Positions 20,300 through 31,144 of a stretch of DNA of 64,000 bases are shown in pieces (positions within the stretch are counted from its first letter, which is position 1; every line of letters starts with the position of its first letter). Below the pieces are notes generated by a model. It saw only the letters and a list, made by a program, of their open reading frames with translations, was not told the DNA's origin and searched no databases. The stretch is from a virus. Taxonomy: Duplodnaviria > Caudoviricetes. A program made the translations under genes and the position numbers. The stretch spans positions 2,143 to 66,142 of IMG/VR virus record IMGVR_UViG_3300028563_000020; one strand, 5' to 3'.

Positions 20300-23080
20300 A
20301 TGAAGACTCGTTCAAATATAGATCTAACCCAAACAGGTATTAGTGGTGCTAATCTTGGAAATGGTAATCAAGTATTTTCAAATGTAACAAATGGTGTAAA
20401 ATTAAATTTTAGAACACTTGTTGCAAGTGGTAGTACTAAATTAATAACTAATGGAAATAGTATTATTATTTCTGGTGCAACGGTTGGTGCCGGTTCTGGC
20501 GATATAACTAATGGTGGAAATAGAGGATCTGTGCTAGGAGCAGGAGTATTTTCAGTTAAATCAGGTACAACACTAACATTTAAGTCAATATCTTCATCAA
20601 ATTCTCAATTAATAAAGATTATTAATGATCCTGGAAACATATATATTTCTGGTGCAACAGTTACAGCAAATGTTGCTGGCTCTAATCAACAAATACAGTA
20701 TAATAATAATGGTGTATTTGGTGCAAATTCCAATTTTAAATATGATAGTACTGGTTGCACATTAACAATAGCTAATGGAGCTACATCAAGTATTGGAACT
20801 AATAATATCATAAATAAATCTAGCATACATGGTAATAATAATTTAGGTATTGGATGTGCAACAATTTGTGGTAATTCTAATATTACTAATGTAACAGCAC
20901 CATTTAGTTTTAGTGGTAATAGTAATATGTTTCTTGGTACGCCAAGTAATAGTCTTAATAGTTGCAATAATGTATTTAATGGGACAGGAAGTTTAAATAA
21001 TGCATCATATGGAATATCAATAGGTGCTAATAATATTATTTGTAGACAAATATTATATAATGTTGTTGGATGTGGAAATTCATTAATAAATAATAGTGTT
21101 GGTACTGCTAGAGATAATTTTATATTTGGTGAAACAAATAATATTTGTGGACTTACTGCGTGTAATACTGTTTTTGGGGTTTGTAATGTAATTAATGCGC
21201 CATCTAATGCTATAACAATATTTGGTGTAAAGAATAACATTACTTGTGGTAATAATATTAGTTTAATAAGTAGTGTTTGTAATAATATAACAGGAAGTAG
21301 TGGATGCTATAATTATTCTACATTTGCATCAACAGTTTGTTTTAATAGTAATTCATTACCAGCATTAACTAATTATTCTTGTCATTTATTTACTGGAAAT
21401 CTTGCTTTAATTTGCACTCCATTATCAGGTAGTACATCTAATGATTACTTATTATCATGGAACCCAACAGATAGAAAAGTAAAAAGATTAAATGTTAATA
21501 GTGTTGGTGGTGGCGGAGGATTTCCTGCTGGTATTAATAATAATATACAATTTAATAAAAATAATACTTTTGGTGCAGATACTAAATTTAATTATGTCTG
21601 TAGCGGTACAACAATGACAATTGGTAATACTTATCAATCACATACTAATTGTTCAATACTTGTTGGTGGTGCTGGATCATTAAATTCTACTTGTGCTAAT
21701 CTTAATTTAAGTATTGGTGATGGTCTTGTTAGCGATAAAACAAATTATAGCTTAAATATTGGATCTTCAAATCAAATTTGTAATTTGTCAACAACTTCCT
21801 CAAATTATGATTTTGTATTTGGTTTTAATAATTCATTAACTCATAATGGTACACCTGATTTAAATCATAATTATAGAACAATATTAAATGGATGTTGTAA
21901 TACTATAGGATGTATTAGTAGAGGTGCTATTATAAATTCTAATGATAGTATTATTTGTTATTCTAATAATAGAGCAATATTAAACTCAAGTAATGTTTGT
22001 TTATTTGATAACACTCCTGCTGCACAAGGATCTCATATTACAGCATTATCATTAAATAATTTTTGTTTAAATAGTTTATCTTCATATAATTATGGTTGCC
22101 ATTTAATAACTGGAAATCTTGCTATTGCTTGTACACCACAATGTGGAATAGCATCTGATAATATATTAGTATGGAATAATGCTGATAAAAAAGTTAAAAT
22201 AGTACCGCAAATAAATTTAGGCTGGTCTAATTTATTAAATGGCTCAACTATTATTGGATGTGGAACTGTTTTAAGTGCATCTACTATTAATTGTAATACA
22301 TTTTATGGCGTTTGTGCTGGTAGTAATATCACCACTAATGGTTGTAATAATGTTGCTAATGGTTTTCAAGCATTAACTCAAAATGATATAGGTAATAATA
22401 ATGTTGCTAATGGTACACAAGCATTACGTAACAATACTTGTGGTTCTAATAATGTTTCAGTGGGTTATCAAGCATTATATAATAATACATGTGGTAATAA
22501 TAATATTGGTGTTGGAGTTTTTTCATTACATTTAAATACTTGTGGTGGATCTAATATTAGTATTGGAAATTTTGCGCTTGAAAATAATATTGGTAATAGT
22601 AATATTGCACATGGATTATATGCACTTAATTCTAATACAACAGGATGCGGTAATATAGGTATGGGAGTACAATCATTTTTTAGCAATATTACTGGCATTG
22701 ATAACATTGGCGTTGGCTCTTGTGCTGGATATTTTAATAATGGATCATCAAATGTTATGATTGGGTGTGCTGCTGGCTATTGTAATGTGGGATCATCAAA
22801 TGTTATGCTTGGATATAGAGCAGGATATTTCGAAACAGGGTCTAATAAATTAATTATAAGTAATTCAAATACTTGTACTCCATTATTCTATGGTGAATTT
22901 GATAATAATAGATTAAAAATAAATGGTACTCTTGAAATTGTTAATGGCATAGATAATTTTATTTATCTTGGCGATAAAAATACTGATAATAGCTGGAGAT
23001 TCGATGTAAGTGGAAGTAATTTATTAATTCAAAGAAGAATATCGGGTGTTTGGACAACAAAATCAACAATAACAGGATAA
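20300..23080 (+). CDS. Cys-rich tail fibre/adhesin-like protein
   Basis: 926 aa N/G/S/C-rich; IQYNNNGVFGA duplicated; 14-aa NNxxGxxAL repeats. Confidence 0.7.
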   Translation: MKTRSNIDLTQTGISGANLGNGNQVFSNVTNGVKLNFRTLVASGSTKLITNGNSIIISGATVGAGSGDITNGGNRGSVLGAGVFSVKSGTTLTFKSISSSNSQLIKIINDPGNIYISGATVTANVAGSNQQIQYNNNGVFGANSNFKYDSTGCTLTIANGATSSIGTNNIINKSSIHGNNNLGIGCATICGNSNITNVTAPFSFSGNSNMFLGTPSNSLNSCNNVFNGTGSLNNASYGISIGANNIICRQILYNVVGCGNSLINNSVGTARDNFIFGETNNICGLTACNTVFGVCNVINAPSNAITIFGVKNNITCGNNISLISSVCNNITGSSGCYNYSTFASTVCFNSNSLPALTNYSCHLFTGNLALICTPLSGSTSNDYLLSWNPTDRKVKRLNVNSVGGGGGFPAGINNNIQFNKNNTFGADTKFNYVCSGTTMTIGNTYQSHTNCSILVGGAGSLNSTCANLNLSIGDGLVSDKTNYSLNIGSSNQICNLSTTSSNYDFVFGFNNSLTHNGTPDLNHNYRTILNGCCNTIGCISRGAIINSNDSIICYSNNRAILNSSNVCLFDNTPAAQGSHITALSLNNFCLNSLSSYNYGCHLITGNLAIACTPQCGIASDNILVWNNADKKVKIVPQINLGWSNLLNGSTIIGCGTVLSASTINCNTFYGVCAGSNITTNGCNNVANGFQALTQNDIGNNNVANGTQALRNNTCGSNNVSVGYQALYNNTCGNNNIGVGVFSLHLNTCGGSNISIGNFALENNIGNSNIAHGLYALNSNTTGCGNIGMGVQSFFSNITGIDNIGVGSCAGYFNNGSSNVMIGCAAGYCNVGSSNVMLGYRAGYFETGSNKLIISNSNTCTPLFYGEFDNNRLKINGTLEIVNGIDNFIYLGDKNTDNSWRFDVSGSNLLIQRRISGVWTTKSTITG

Positions 23081-23100
23081 CAAATTTAATATAATATATT

Positions 23101-23496
23101 ATGACATTCTTTATTAAAAAAAATAGCTCTTTACCATTATTAATATTTGAATTATCTGATAATATTTTAAATCGATATAATATTACTGATGATATGTTAG
23201 AAAATTGTGCAATCACTTTTTCTATGATTAATAGTGAAACAGGAATATATAAAATTGCTAATGTACCAGCAAAATTAAATATTGAGACACCTAATAAAAG
23301 CTTTACGGAATTTAAAAAATATAATATATATTACCAGTTTAGAACTAAAGATACTAATAAAGTAGGCGATTACGAGGCTGAATTTGTAATTGATTTTCTC
23401 GGAGGTGCTTGCCCTACTGGAAAATTAAAATTACCTGTTGATGATAAAATAATTGTTGTAGTAAGTGATACGTTAACAAAAACGGATGTTATTTAA
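23101..23496 (+). CDS. BppU N-terminal-like baseplate/fibre attachment protein
   Basis: FFIKKNSSLPLL...YQFRTKDT...GDYEAEF pattern. Confidence 0.5.
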   Translation: MTFFIKKNSSLPLLIFELSDNILNRYNITDDMLENCAITFSMINSETGIYKIANVPAKLNIETPNKSFTEFKKYNIYYQFRTKDTNKVGDYEAEFVIDFLGGACPTGKLKLPVDDKIIVVVSDTLTKTDVI

Positions 23497-24392
23497 GGCC
23501 GATGCATATGTGAACAAATAATTCTAATCCATTTATTTTTACTTGCAGCACCATATGCACTGCATGAATTTTTATTAAAATCTTTTTTAGTATTATATTT
23601 TAATGCTTCTTCTTGACATCTTTCAAAACTCCAATATCCAGTTGGTTTTTGTAGACTAATCATATGCGAGCATAATTCATTTAACCAATTATTTTTTAAT
23701 ATAACATTATAAGCACTTGGACAATTAAATCTAAATTCACTTTTTTTAGTATATTTTAAGGTTTCTTCTTGACATCTTTCAAATGTCCAATATACTTTAT
23801 TACCACCTAATGCTCCCGTCTTTTTTTTATTTAGAATTATCCATTTATCATTTTTATATTTACTAACATAAAATGATTCTAATTTTTGTGCTTCTATATA
23901 ATTAATATAGCCATTAGATAATATTTTTTTAATTGGAATTAAGTTTGTTTTATTTATATGTTTATAAACAGGACTTTTACTATCGGTGATATGTTCCGAA
24001 TGTCTTTTATTTGAATTACATGTAATTCCAACATATGCATGATTATCAGCAAATTCATATATATAAACAATTTTTTCTTTAATATTACCTAATGGAATCA
24101 TATGCTGACAAATAATTTTTATATATTTTTGTCTTTTAGATATTTGATATGCACTACTAGAATATTGCCGGAAATCTTTTTTTGTTGAATATTTTAATGC
24201 TTCTTCCTTGCATTTTTCAAATGTCCAATATTTCATAGGTTTTTTTGTTGATATCATGTGTGAACAAATTTCATTAAACCATTTATTTCTTTTAGCTGCA
24301 TTATATGCACTTCCTGAATTTAGATTAAATTCTGATCTCGTCTTAAATTTTAAAGCTTCTTTCTTACATGCCAAATATGTCCATTTTTTCAT
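23493..24392 (-). CDS. GIY-YIG homing-endonuclease-like protein with four flanking repeats
   Basis: IVYIYEF...AYVGIT...RHSEH; repeats WTFExCxEEALKY. Likely start is ATG at 24392, after a TATTTATA motif (track start 24419). Confidence 0.75.
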   Translation of the reverse strand: MKKWTYLACKKEALKFKTRSEFNLNSGSAYNAAKRNKWFNEICSHMISTKKPMKYWTFEKCKEEALKYSTKKDFRQYSSSAYQISKRQKYIKIICQHMIPLGNIKEKIVYIYEFADNHAYVGITCNSNKRHSEHITDSKSPVYKHINKTNLIPIKKILSNGYINYIEAQKLESFYVSKYKNDKWIILNKKKTGALGGNKVYWTFERCQEETLKYTKKSEFRFNCPSAYNVILKNNWLNELCSHMISLQKPTGYWSFERCQEEALKYNTKKDFNKNSCSAYGAASKNKWIRIICSHMHRP

Positions 24393-24484
24393 TATTGTAA
24401 ATATTTTATATAAATACATGGATACAATTTAATTTTTGTTTGTTTTTAAAAAAAAATGTTATAAATTTGTATTTTATTTTTACT

Positions 24485-26260
24485 ATGGATAAATTTATTG
24501 TAAATTGTCAAAAGCTAGGACGTGCTCAGAAATATGGTATTACATTTTTATATAATACGCAGTTAATTGAGAGAATTAAGAGTTTTTCTCGTGAAGAAAG
24601 AGAATTTAAAAATAATATTTGGATTTTAAAAACTTATACTTTATATAATCTTATACTTATATATAAAGGTTCAAATAAAATCAAATTTGAATTTATTGGT
24701 GAAAACGCTAAAGAAATATTTAAGGATAATGTTAATAAAATATTAGTCGAAGAACAAGAAAAACAACGTAAAATTGAAGAACTTGAAAGAAATAAGAAAG
24801 AATGGCTTGAATTTAAAGCTGATTTGGATGTTAATTATGAGAAATATAGTGAGATTGTTCATAAAAATTTAAAGGAAGGTACAAAGCTTTATGCACACCA
24901 GATTTCAGCGGTGATGTTCGGACAAAAAGTAAATAATGTACTATATGCACTCTCTATGGGGACGGGAAAAAGCCTCGTGTCAATTACATTATGTGAAATG
25001 AACCAATATGAGAAGGTTATCGTACTTACACCTAACTCATTGAAATTTAACTATTTACAGGAAATTCAGAAGTTCACAAATAGTACTGCACATATTGTTG
25101 GATGGAAAAATAATCAATATACTATCGAACAAGCCAAATATATAATAATAAATTACGAATTTTTCAACATTTCAAATAAAGAAAAAACATATATGAAATG
25201 GGAAAAATTAGGCATAAGAAACATAAATGCTTTAGTATTAGATGAATGTCAAAAACTTCAGCATACAAAAAATAATACATATAAAAATTTTAAAAAAGTT
25301 TTTAATGATGATTTATTTTTTAATAAAGAAAGACATTTTTATTTTCTTAGCGGTACTCCAGTAACAAATGAAATAAGTAACTTATATACAGTATTAAATT
25401 TAATATCTCCATTAGACTTCCCAAATAAATCATATTTCTTTAGTCATTACTGTGGTTTACAATACAATATAGGTGGATATGGCTATGTAATAAATCCCGA
25501 AGAAGTTAAATATGAAGAATTGTATTATAAAATTGAACCATATTGTTTTAGAAAAAAACTCGAAAATGTTGTTCAAATGCCGGAAAAACAGATACAAAAA
25601 ATTTTATTAGAATTAGATGATAAAGATCAAAAAATATATAATGAACTTGAAGAAGGCATTGCAAATGAATTTTTTAATGAAACAGTAACAAATCCTTTAA
25701 CAGTGATGTTAAGACTTAGACAATTTTTATCGAATGTTAAAATTAAAGCTATATGTGAATTAATTGACATTGTTTTAGAAAATCAGGATAAGATCGTTAT
25801 TTTTGACGTTTTTAAAGCCTCGCTATTAGACTTAAAAAATAGATATAAAGATATTGTTGCGCTACATACAGGTGATCAATCTATAGAAGAGCGAGCTGAA
25901 ATAATAAAAGAATTTCAAGATAAGAGTAGTAATAAAAAAATATTTCTAACTACTTTTGGCTCTGGAAACTATGGTATAACTCTCCATGCTGCTAATAAGA
26001 TGAGTTTATTAACATTACCTTTTAGTTATGCGGAGTACGACCAGTCACAGTCCCGTGTATGGAGAATAGGCCAATATGAACATGTTATGATATATCCATT
26101 TGTTGTAAAAAATACAATAGATGAATATGTATTTGCTAGATTAGAGGCTAGAGAAAATAATATGAAAAAAGTTTTTGATAACGAAGATTATAAATCTGAT
26201 GTTAATGAAAATTATTTAAATGATATTATCAAAATAATTAAAGAAAAGCATAAAAAATAA
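24485..26260 (+). CDS. SNF2-family helicase
   Basis: MGTGKS, LDECQ, LSGTP, QSQSRVWRIGQ; ATG 24485 follows TAAATTTG promoter element. Confidence 0.9.
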   Translation: MDKFIVNCQKLGRAQKYGITFLYNTQLIERIKSFSREEREFKNNIWILKTYTLYNLILIYKGSNKIKFEFIGENAKEIFKDNVNKILVEEQEKQRKIEELERNKKEWLEFKADLDVNYEKYSEIVHKNLKEGTKLYAHQISAVMFGQKVNNVLYALSMGTGKSLVSITLCEMNQYEKVIVLTPNSLKFNYLQEIQKFTNSTAHIVGWKNNQYTIEQAKYIIINYEFFNISNKEKTYMKWEKLGIRNINALVLDECQKLQHTKNNTYKNFKKVFNDDLFFNKERHFYFLSGTPVTNEISNLYTVLNLISPLDFPNKSYFFSHYCGLQYNIGGYGYVINPEEVKYEELYYKIEPYCFRKKLENVVQMPEKQIQKILLELDDKDQKIYNELEEGIANEFFNETVTNPLTVMLRLRQFLSNVKIKAICELIDIVLENQDKIVIFDVFKASLLDLKNRYKDIVALHTGDQSIEERAEIIKEFQDKSSNKKIFLTTFGSGNYGITLHAANKMSLLTLPFSYAEYDQSQSRVWRIGQYEHVMIYPFVVKNTIDEYVFARLEARENNMKKVFDNEDYKSDVNENYLNDIIKIIKEKHKK

Positions 26261-26266
26261 TTTATC

Positions 26267-26653
26267 ATGAAAGAAATTTTAGAAAAAGAAGTTGAAGAAA
26301 ACATACTCAGGAACATATTGTTACATGAATTATTTATCAGCGAAGAAATATGGACAGATGACTTTTTTGATAAACTACATGAATATTGTATTGATGTAAT
26401 AATAGAAATTTATAATAATTTATATGATAAAGAAATAGATGTTAATAAGTATTATGATATGAATATTTCTTATACAGATCATGGAAACTCTGTAAAAATT
26501 ATATGTAATAGCATAATTTGTGCATTATTCTTTTCCAATATTTTTCCTCCAGACAACCTCGATAAAATAATGTTGTTAAATAAATTTGAATTTAACAAAA
26601 AATTATATACATTTAACAAAAAAACAAAAAAGCTAGTTATAACTAATATATAG
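26267..26653 (+). CDS. hypothetical protein
   Basis: 128-aa ORF, tightly spaced in operon. Confidence 0.6.
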   Translation: MKEILEKEVEENILRNILLHELFISEEIWTDDFFDKLHEYCIDVIIEIYNNLYDKEIDVNKYYDMNISYTDHGNSVKIICNSIICALFFSNIFPPDNLDKIMLLNKFEFNKKLYTFNKKTKKLVITNI

Positions 26654-26659
26654 TATATT

Positions 26660-27409
26660 ATGTCAAAAAAAGTCATTGTATTATTTTCAGGAGGATTAGA
26701 TTCCACATATTTGATTTGGAAGAATTTAAAGGATGGTAATATTGTTAAACCTCTTTATTTTGAAATTGAAAATAATATGGATAAATCATCTATTGAAAAA
26801 CAACAAATAAATTTATTATGGAATCAATTTAATATTGAATTTAAAGATAATATAAAGCCAATTGAATATACGATTAAAATAAATATTCATTTAAGTGGTA
26901 CTAATGAATTAACATTTGTACAAGTTCCAATATGGTTATTAGGTATATTATTTTCAATAGATAGAAATTATGATGAAGTACAAATAGCATATGTTGGCAA
27001 TGATGATGCTATTTCATATTTAAAAGAAATAAAAAATATATATAAATCATATCAAGAAATTACCAATAATTTAATACCTTTGAAATTTCCATTAAGAAAA
27101 AATTTTAAACATGATATATTAAATGAATTACCGTTAAATTATAGAAATTTAACTTTTTCTTGTGAAAATCCTAAAATAATCAGTAATATAAATAATAATA
27201 TTATATTTGAACCTTGTGGTTGTTGTGAACCATGTAAAAAAATAATTATAAGCAATAATTTTGATTTTGGTTTAGATGAAAAATATAACAATGCAAAAAA
27301 AGAGTATATAAATAAAGAATATAATTATATTAATAATATACCATCTAAATATGAATTAATGGCAGTTTCTAAAAACCCAAGTACTCAACAATTACATATT
27401 AAATTTTAA
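26660..27409 (+). CDS. queC: QueC-like PP-loop ATPase (7-cyano-7-deazaguanine synthase family)
   Basis: LFSGGLDST PP-loop; C-terminal SCE...PCGCCEPC Zn site. Confidence 0.7.
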   Translation: MSKKVIVLFSGGLDSTYLIWKNLKDGNIVKPLYFEIENNMDKSSIEKQQINLLWNQFNIEFKDNIKPIEYTIKINIHLSGTNELTFVQVPIWLLGILFSIDRNYDEVQIAYVGNDDAISYLKEIKNIYKSYQEITNNLIPLKFPLRKNFKHDILNELPLNYRNLTFSCENPKIISNINNNIIFEPCGCCEPCKKIIISNNFDFGLDEKYNNAKKEYINKEYNYINNIPSKYELMAVSKNPSTQQLHIKF

Positions 27410-27418
27410 CCATATACA

Positions 27419-30400
27419 ATGTCTGATAATAAAAACCAAATTATATCTGAAATTAAACAATTTCTTGATGGTAGAAATGATGATATCAAGTATCTTGTTA
27501 ATCTTGAAACAAGTAAAAAGAACAATATAGCCAAATGCGTTTTACACCCAAAAAATCAACCAAAAAAATTAGTTGATATTTCATATATCCCATTTCTTTT
27601 TATTAAAGATTTAAAGAAGCATAATATTATTTTATATAATGGTGATAAACAATTACAATGCTCTAAAATGGGAGTATATGGTCTGAGTATCACCAAATTA
27701 AATTCAGGAAATCAAGATCGTCTTGAAAATGGATATAATTATTTAGTTCAAAGCACCATTTCTTATGATTCAATATTTGAATTTTTCAAAGATGGCGGCT
27801 TAGATCTTGGTAAAAAATTAACAGATCGTAAAGGAAAAGCTGTAAAAGATAATAGAGGTAATGTTCAATATGAACATCGAGATTTATACTATTCTGTTAG
27901 TACAAATGAACAATTTTTAATATCTAAAAAAACAAGATTTTATAAAGGTTTAAATGAATATAAAGATATTCATAGATTAATCTTCGATATAGAGACAACT
28001 GGACTTAGAGCCAATTTTTCTCAAATTTTTGCAATTGGTATTGCTGATAATAGAGGTTTTGAAACAATATTAAGTGTTGATAATATTGGTGATGAAGAAT
28101 CAGAAAGAAAAGTAATAAAAGATTTTTTTGAGATTATTGATAAATTAAAGCCAGCTATTATAAGTGGCTATAATTCAGAAGATTTTGACGTACCATTTAT
28201 TTTAGAAAGAGCAGCAATATTAGGACTTGATTTAAATTCTATTAAAACTAGTTTAAATGAAAATAGAACTATTTGGCGCAGGAATAATGCAAGTGTTAAG
28301 TTTGGTAATACTGCGGAAAAGTATACTGCTACTGAAATGTGGGGATATACTATATTTGATATTTATCATAGTGCAAGAAAAACTGCTGCATTAAATACTG
28401 AAATTAAGAACACTAAATTAAAATATATTGCAAAATTTGAAAATATTGCTAAACCTAATCGTACATATATTGATGGTGAAGATGGTAATATTGGTAGATT
28501 TTGGAAAGAAAATAAGGTATTTTTAATCAATAATATCAATGAATATGTTATTATTCCTGATGAATATCAAATATTAGGAGATAAATTATTATTGCTTCAA
28601 AATAATAAATCTAAAATAAGTACTGAGGAATATAATAAATTTAAAGGACAATTATTAACAAATAATGAAAATTTTATTGATTGGTTTAAAGTTAGTGCAT
28701 TACCAACTAATAAAATTAAATTTATTAAAGGTAAAGATATTGTTAAACAATACTTATTAGATGACTTATGGGAAACACAACAAGTAGATGAATTATATAA
28801 TCAATCTACATTTCTACTTTGTAAAACAATACCTGAAACAGCTCAGAAAACAAATGTTATGGGTACTGCTGCTGTTTGGAATTTATTATTAACTGCATGG
28901 AGTTATGAAAATAAAATTGCAATACCATATATTGTTAAAAAAGAAGATTTTTCTGGTGGATTAACAAGATGTTATAAAAAGGGATATTCTAAGAATATTA
29001 TTAAGATTGACTATGCTTCACTATATCCAAGTATTCAATTAACAGAAGGCGTTTTTCCTGTATTTGATATCTCAGGTGTTATTGAGAAAATATTAATATA
29101 TTTAACAACGACTCGTAATATTTATAAAAAATTAGCTAATGGCACTGATCTTGATGAAGAAGAAGTAATATTATTGGCTGAAATTGATTCTGAAACACAT
29201 ATTAAATATGTTAATAAAACTATAAAGCCAGAAGAATGGAATATTTATAAAGTTAAACAATTACCTATAAAAATTTTAAATAACTCCTTGTTTGGTGCAT
29301 TAGGCTCAGGTATATCATTTAACTGGTCAGATAATGTTTGTGCTGCACGTATAACATGTGTGGGCAGACTACATTTAAGACATGCAATATCTTGGTTTAA
29401 ACCATATAATTGTCAACCATTATTAGCTGTTACTGATGGTATTAACTTTATGATACCTGAAACAACAAATATTATTGTCGATAATGATAAAAGTAATGTT
29501 TTTATTGATAATTATATTCCAATTAAGGAAGCTTGGAAATATGGTAGTAAAACAGGAGTTTCTGCTATTATTGCTAAATTTAATCATGAAATAAAGATTT
29601 TTAATGAATCTCAAGGTAAAACTAATTTTATATCGGTAGACGAAGATGGTGAATTCCTTAGTTGTTTGAATCTTTCACGTATTAATTATGCATTATTATA
29701 TGAGAAAAAGAATAAAAAAACTGGTTTAATGGAAACAAAAGTCAAATTAACTGGTAATAGCATCAAAAGTAAAACAATGCCTGAATATATTGAAGATTTT
29801 ATTAATAAAGGTATGAGATTAATACTTGAAGGTAAAGGTGATGAATTTGTTGATTATTATCATAATTATGCTGAAGATATTTTTTATAAAAAAATACCAT
29901 TAAGAAAGATTGCTAGTAAAAGTAAGATTAAATGTACAATTACTGATTATAAGAATAGAGGTAAAGACAAGAATGGTAGAGCTAAGGGTAAACAAGCTCA
30001 CATGGAATTATTAATAGAAGAAAGAAATAATACTGCAATTCAATTATTTAAGAATAATATTGATAAATATATTAATGTTGAAAATAATAATATCAATAAA
30101 ACTATTGATGATTATAGTATTGAAGAAATAACAAATTATGTTTCTGATTTAATGCCATTAGAACCTGATTTAGATTCAATGTTATACTATATTAATATTG
30201 GCACAAGAAAAGGTGATGGTGATTCTAAAATCATTAAAGATCCTATAAATGGCAAAGATATGTATGCATCTAAACTTATTTCTAATAAGGAAATGGATGA
30301 AAATCCTGACATGACTGGAAATTATAATGTTTTAAAATATCTAAGTAATTTTAATACTAAGGTTAAAATCTACCTTGAGGGTTTTGATCCTGAAATAAGA

Positions 30401-31144
30401 GATCAAATATTGGTTCAAACAATCAAGAAAAAAATGAAAGATGCTAATGGTAATAAAACTGAAAAGATTGAATTTGTAAAAAATTATTTTACTAAAGATC
30501 AATTAATATTAAAAAATTTTGATCATGATGAGTATGAACCATCAATGAAATTAGAACATAAAGAAGTATTATTCTGGAATAATTATGGATATAATCCTAA
30601 TAAAATATGGGATGGTTATGATACTTATGATGATGATAAACTTTATCCTGAAATCTATCAACATGCATTGGATTATCTTAATAATAAAATGAAAGAATCA
30701 AATAAATCACAAGTAATAAAATCTATTAATGATAATCTTAATAATAACGATTTAATATTATTTAAAAATAAGAAAAATTATCATTTAGGCCATTATAATG
30801 GTCAATTTATTGAGATTATAAGAGAAAATGTTGATATTCCTAAACATGAAATCGAGATTGAACTTGAAAAACAAAGCGTACTTGATGAAGCTAAATTAAA
30901 AAGATTAAAATTAGATGAAGGAATTGATGAAACAGAGGTTACATTAAAATCTATTGAACAATTATTTATTGACTTCAAGCTAGAATATAAAATACCTGAA
31001 AAATTTACTATCGAGGATATTAATAAAATTCCTAAGGCTAAACAAGCATTTAACGATTATATTGAAGATTATAATAATAGTTTAGAGGAAGACGATGAGG
31101 AAAATGAAAGTATCGAGGAATTTGAGGATTATTCATATGATTAA
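27419..31144 (+). CDS. family B DNA polymerase
   Basis: ExoI FDIETTG, ExoII GYNSEDFD, motif A DYASLYPS, motif B KILNNSLFG, motif C variant VTDG. Confidence 0.92.
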   Translation: MSDNKNQIISEIKQFLDGRNDDIKYLVNLETSKKNNIAKCVLHPKNQPKKLVDISYIPFLFIKDLKKHNIILYNGDKQLQCSKMGVYGLSITKLNSGNQDRLENGYNYLVQSTISYDSIFEFFKDGGLDLGKKLTDRKGKAVKDNRGNVQYEHRDLYYSVSTNEQFLISKKTRFYKGLNEYKDIHRLIFDIETTGLRANFSQIFAIGIADNRGFETILSVDNIGDEESERKVIKDFFEIIDKLKPAIISGYNSEDFDVPFILERAAILGLDLNSIKTSLNENRTIWRRNNASVKFGNTAEKYTATEMWGYTIFDIYHSARKTAALNTEIKNTKLKYIAKFENIAKPNRTYIDGEDGNIGRFWKENKVFLINNINEYVIIPDEYQILGDKLLLLQNNKSKISTEEYNKFKGQLLTNNENFIDWFKVSALPTNKIKFIKGKDIVKQYLLDDLWETQQVDELYNQSTFLLCKTIPETAQKTNVMGTAAVWNLLLTAWSYENKIAIPYIVKKEDFSGGLTRCYKKGYSKNIIKIDYASLYPSIQLTEGVFPVFDISGVIEKILIYLTTTRNIYKKLANGTDLDEEEVILLAEIDSETHIKYVNKTIKPEEWNIYKVKQLPIKILNNSLFGALGSGISFNWSDNVCAARITCVGRLHLRHAISWFKPYNCQPLLAVTDGINFMIPETTNIIVDNDKSNVFIDNYIPIKEAWKYGSKTGVSAIIAKFNHEIKIFNESQGKTNFISVDEDGEFLSCLNLSRINYALLYEKKNKKTGLMETKVKLTGNSIKSKTMPEYIEDFINKGMRLILEGKGDEFVDYYHNYAEDIFYKKIPLRKIASKSKIKCTITDYKNRGKDKNGRAKGKQAHMELLIEERNNTAIQLFKNNIDKYINVENNNINKTIDDYSIEEITNYVSDLMPLEPDLDSMLYYINIGTRKGDGDSKIIKDPINGKDMYASKLISNKEMDENPDMTGNYNVLKYLSNFNTKVKIYLEGFDPEIRDQILVQTIKKKMKDANGNKTEKIEFVKNYFTKDQLILKNFDHDEYEPSMKLEHKEVLFWNNYGYNPNKIWDGYDTYDDDKLYPEIYQHALDYLNNKMKESNKSQVIKSINDNLNNNDLILFKNKKNYHLGHYNGQFIEIIRENVDIPKHEIEIELEKQSVLDEAKLKRLKLDEGIDETEVTLKSIEQLFIDFKLEYKIPEKFTIEDINKIPKAKQAFNDYIEDYNNSLEEDDEENESIEEFEDYSYD

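Noticed and set aside
20686-21240. Antisense ORFs in the track (e.g. 3232, 7417, 12041, 20686, 34658, 46547, 54701)
   Set aside because: They are shadows of well-supported genes on the opposite strand, with no recognisable motifs.
21659-21687. Possible self-target of the mini-array spacer in the Cys-rich fibre gene
   Set aside because: Only 14 of the first 16 nt match, in a Gly/Ala-codon low-complexity tract; the rest diverges.
4590-23080. Diversity-generating retroelement or invertase shufflon acting on fibre genes
   Set aside because: No reverse transcriptase or recombinase in the window, and no adenine-only-mismatch repeat pair noticed.
27419-31144. Intein in the long polymerase
   Set aside because: No C...HN/(C,S,T) splice junctions or LAGLIDADG motifs seen; the extra length looks like ordinary insertions.
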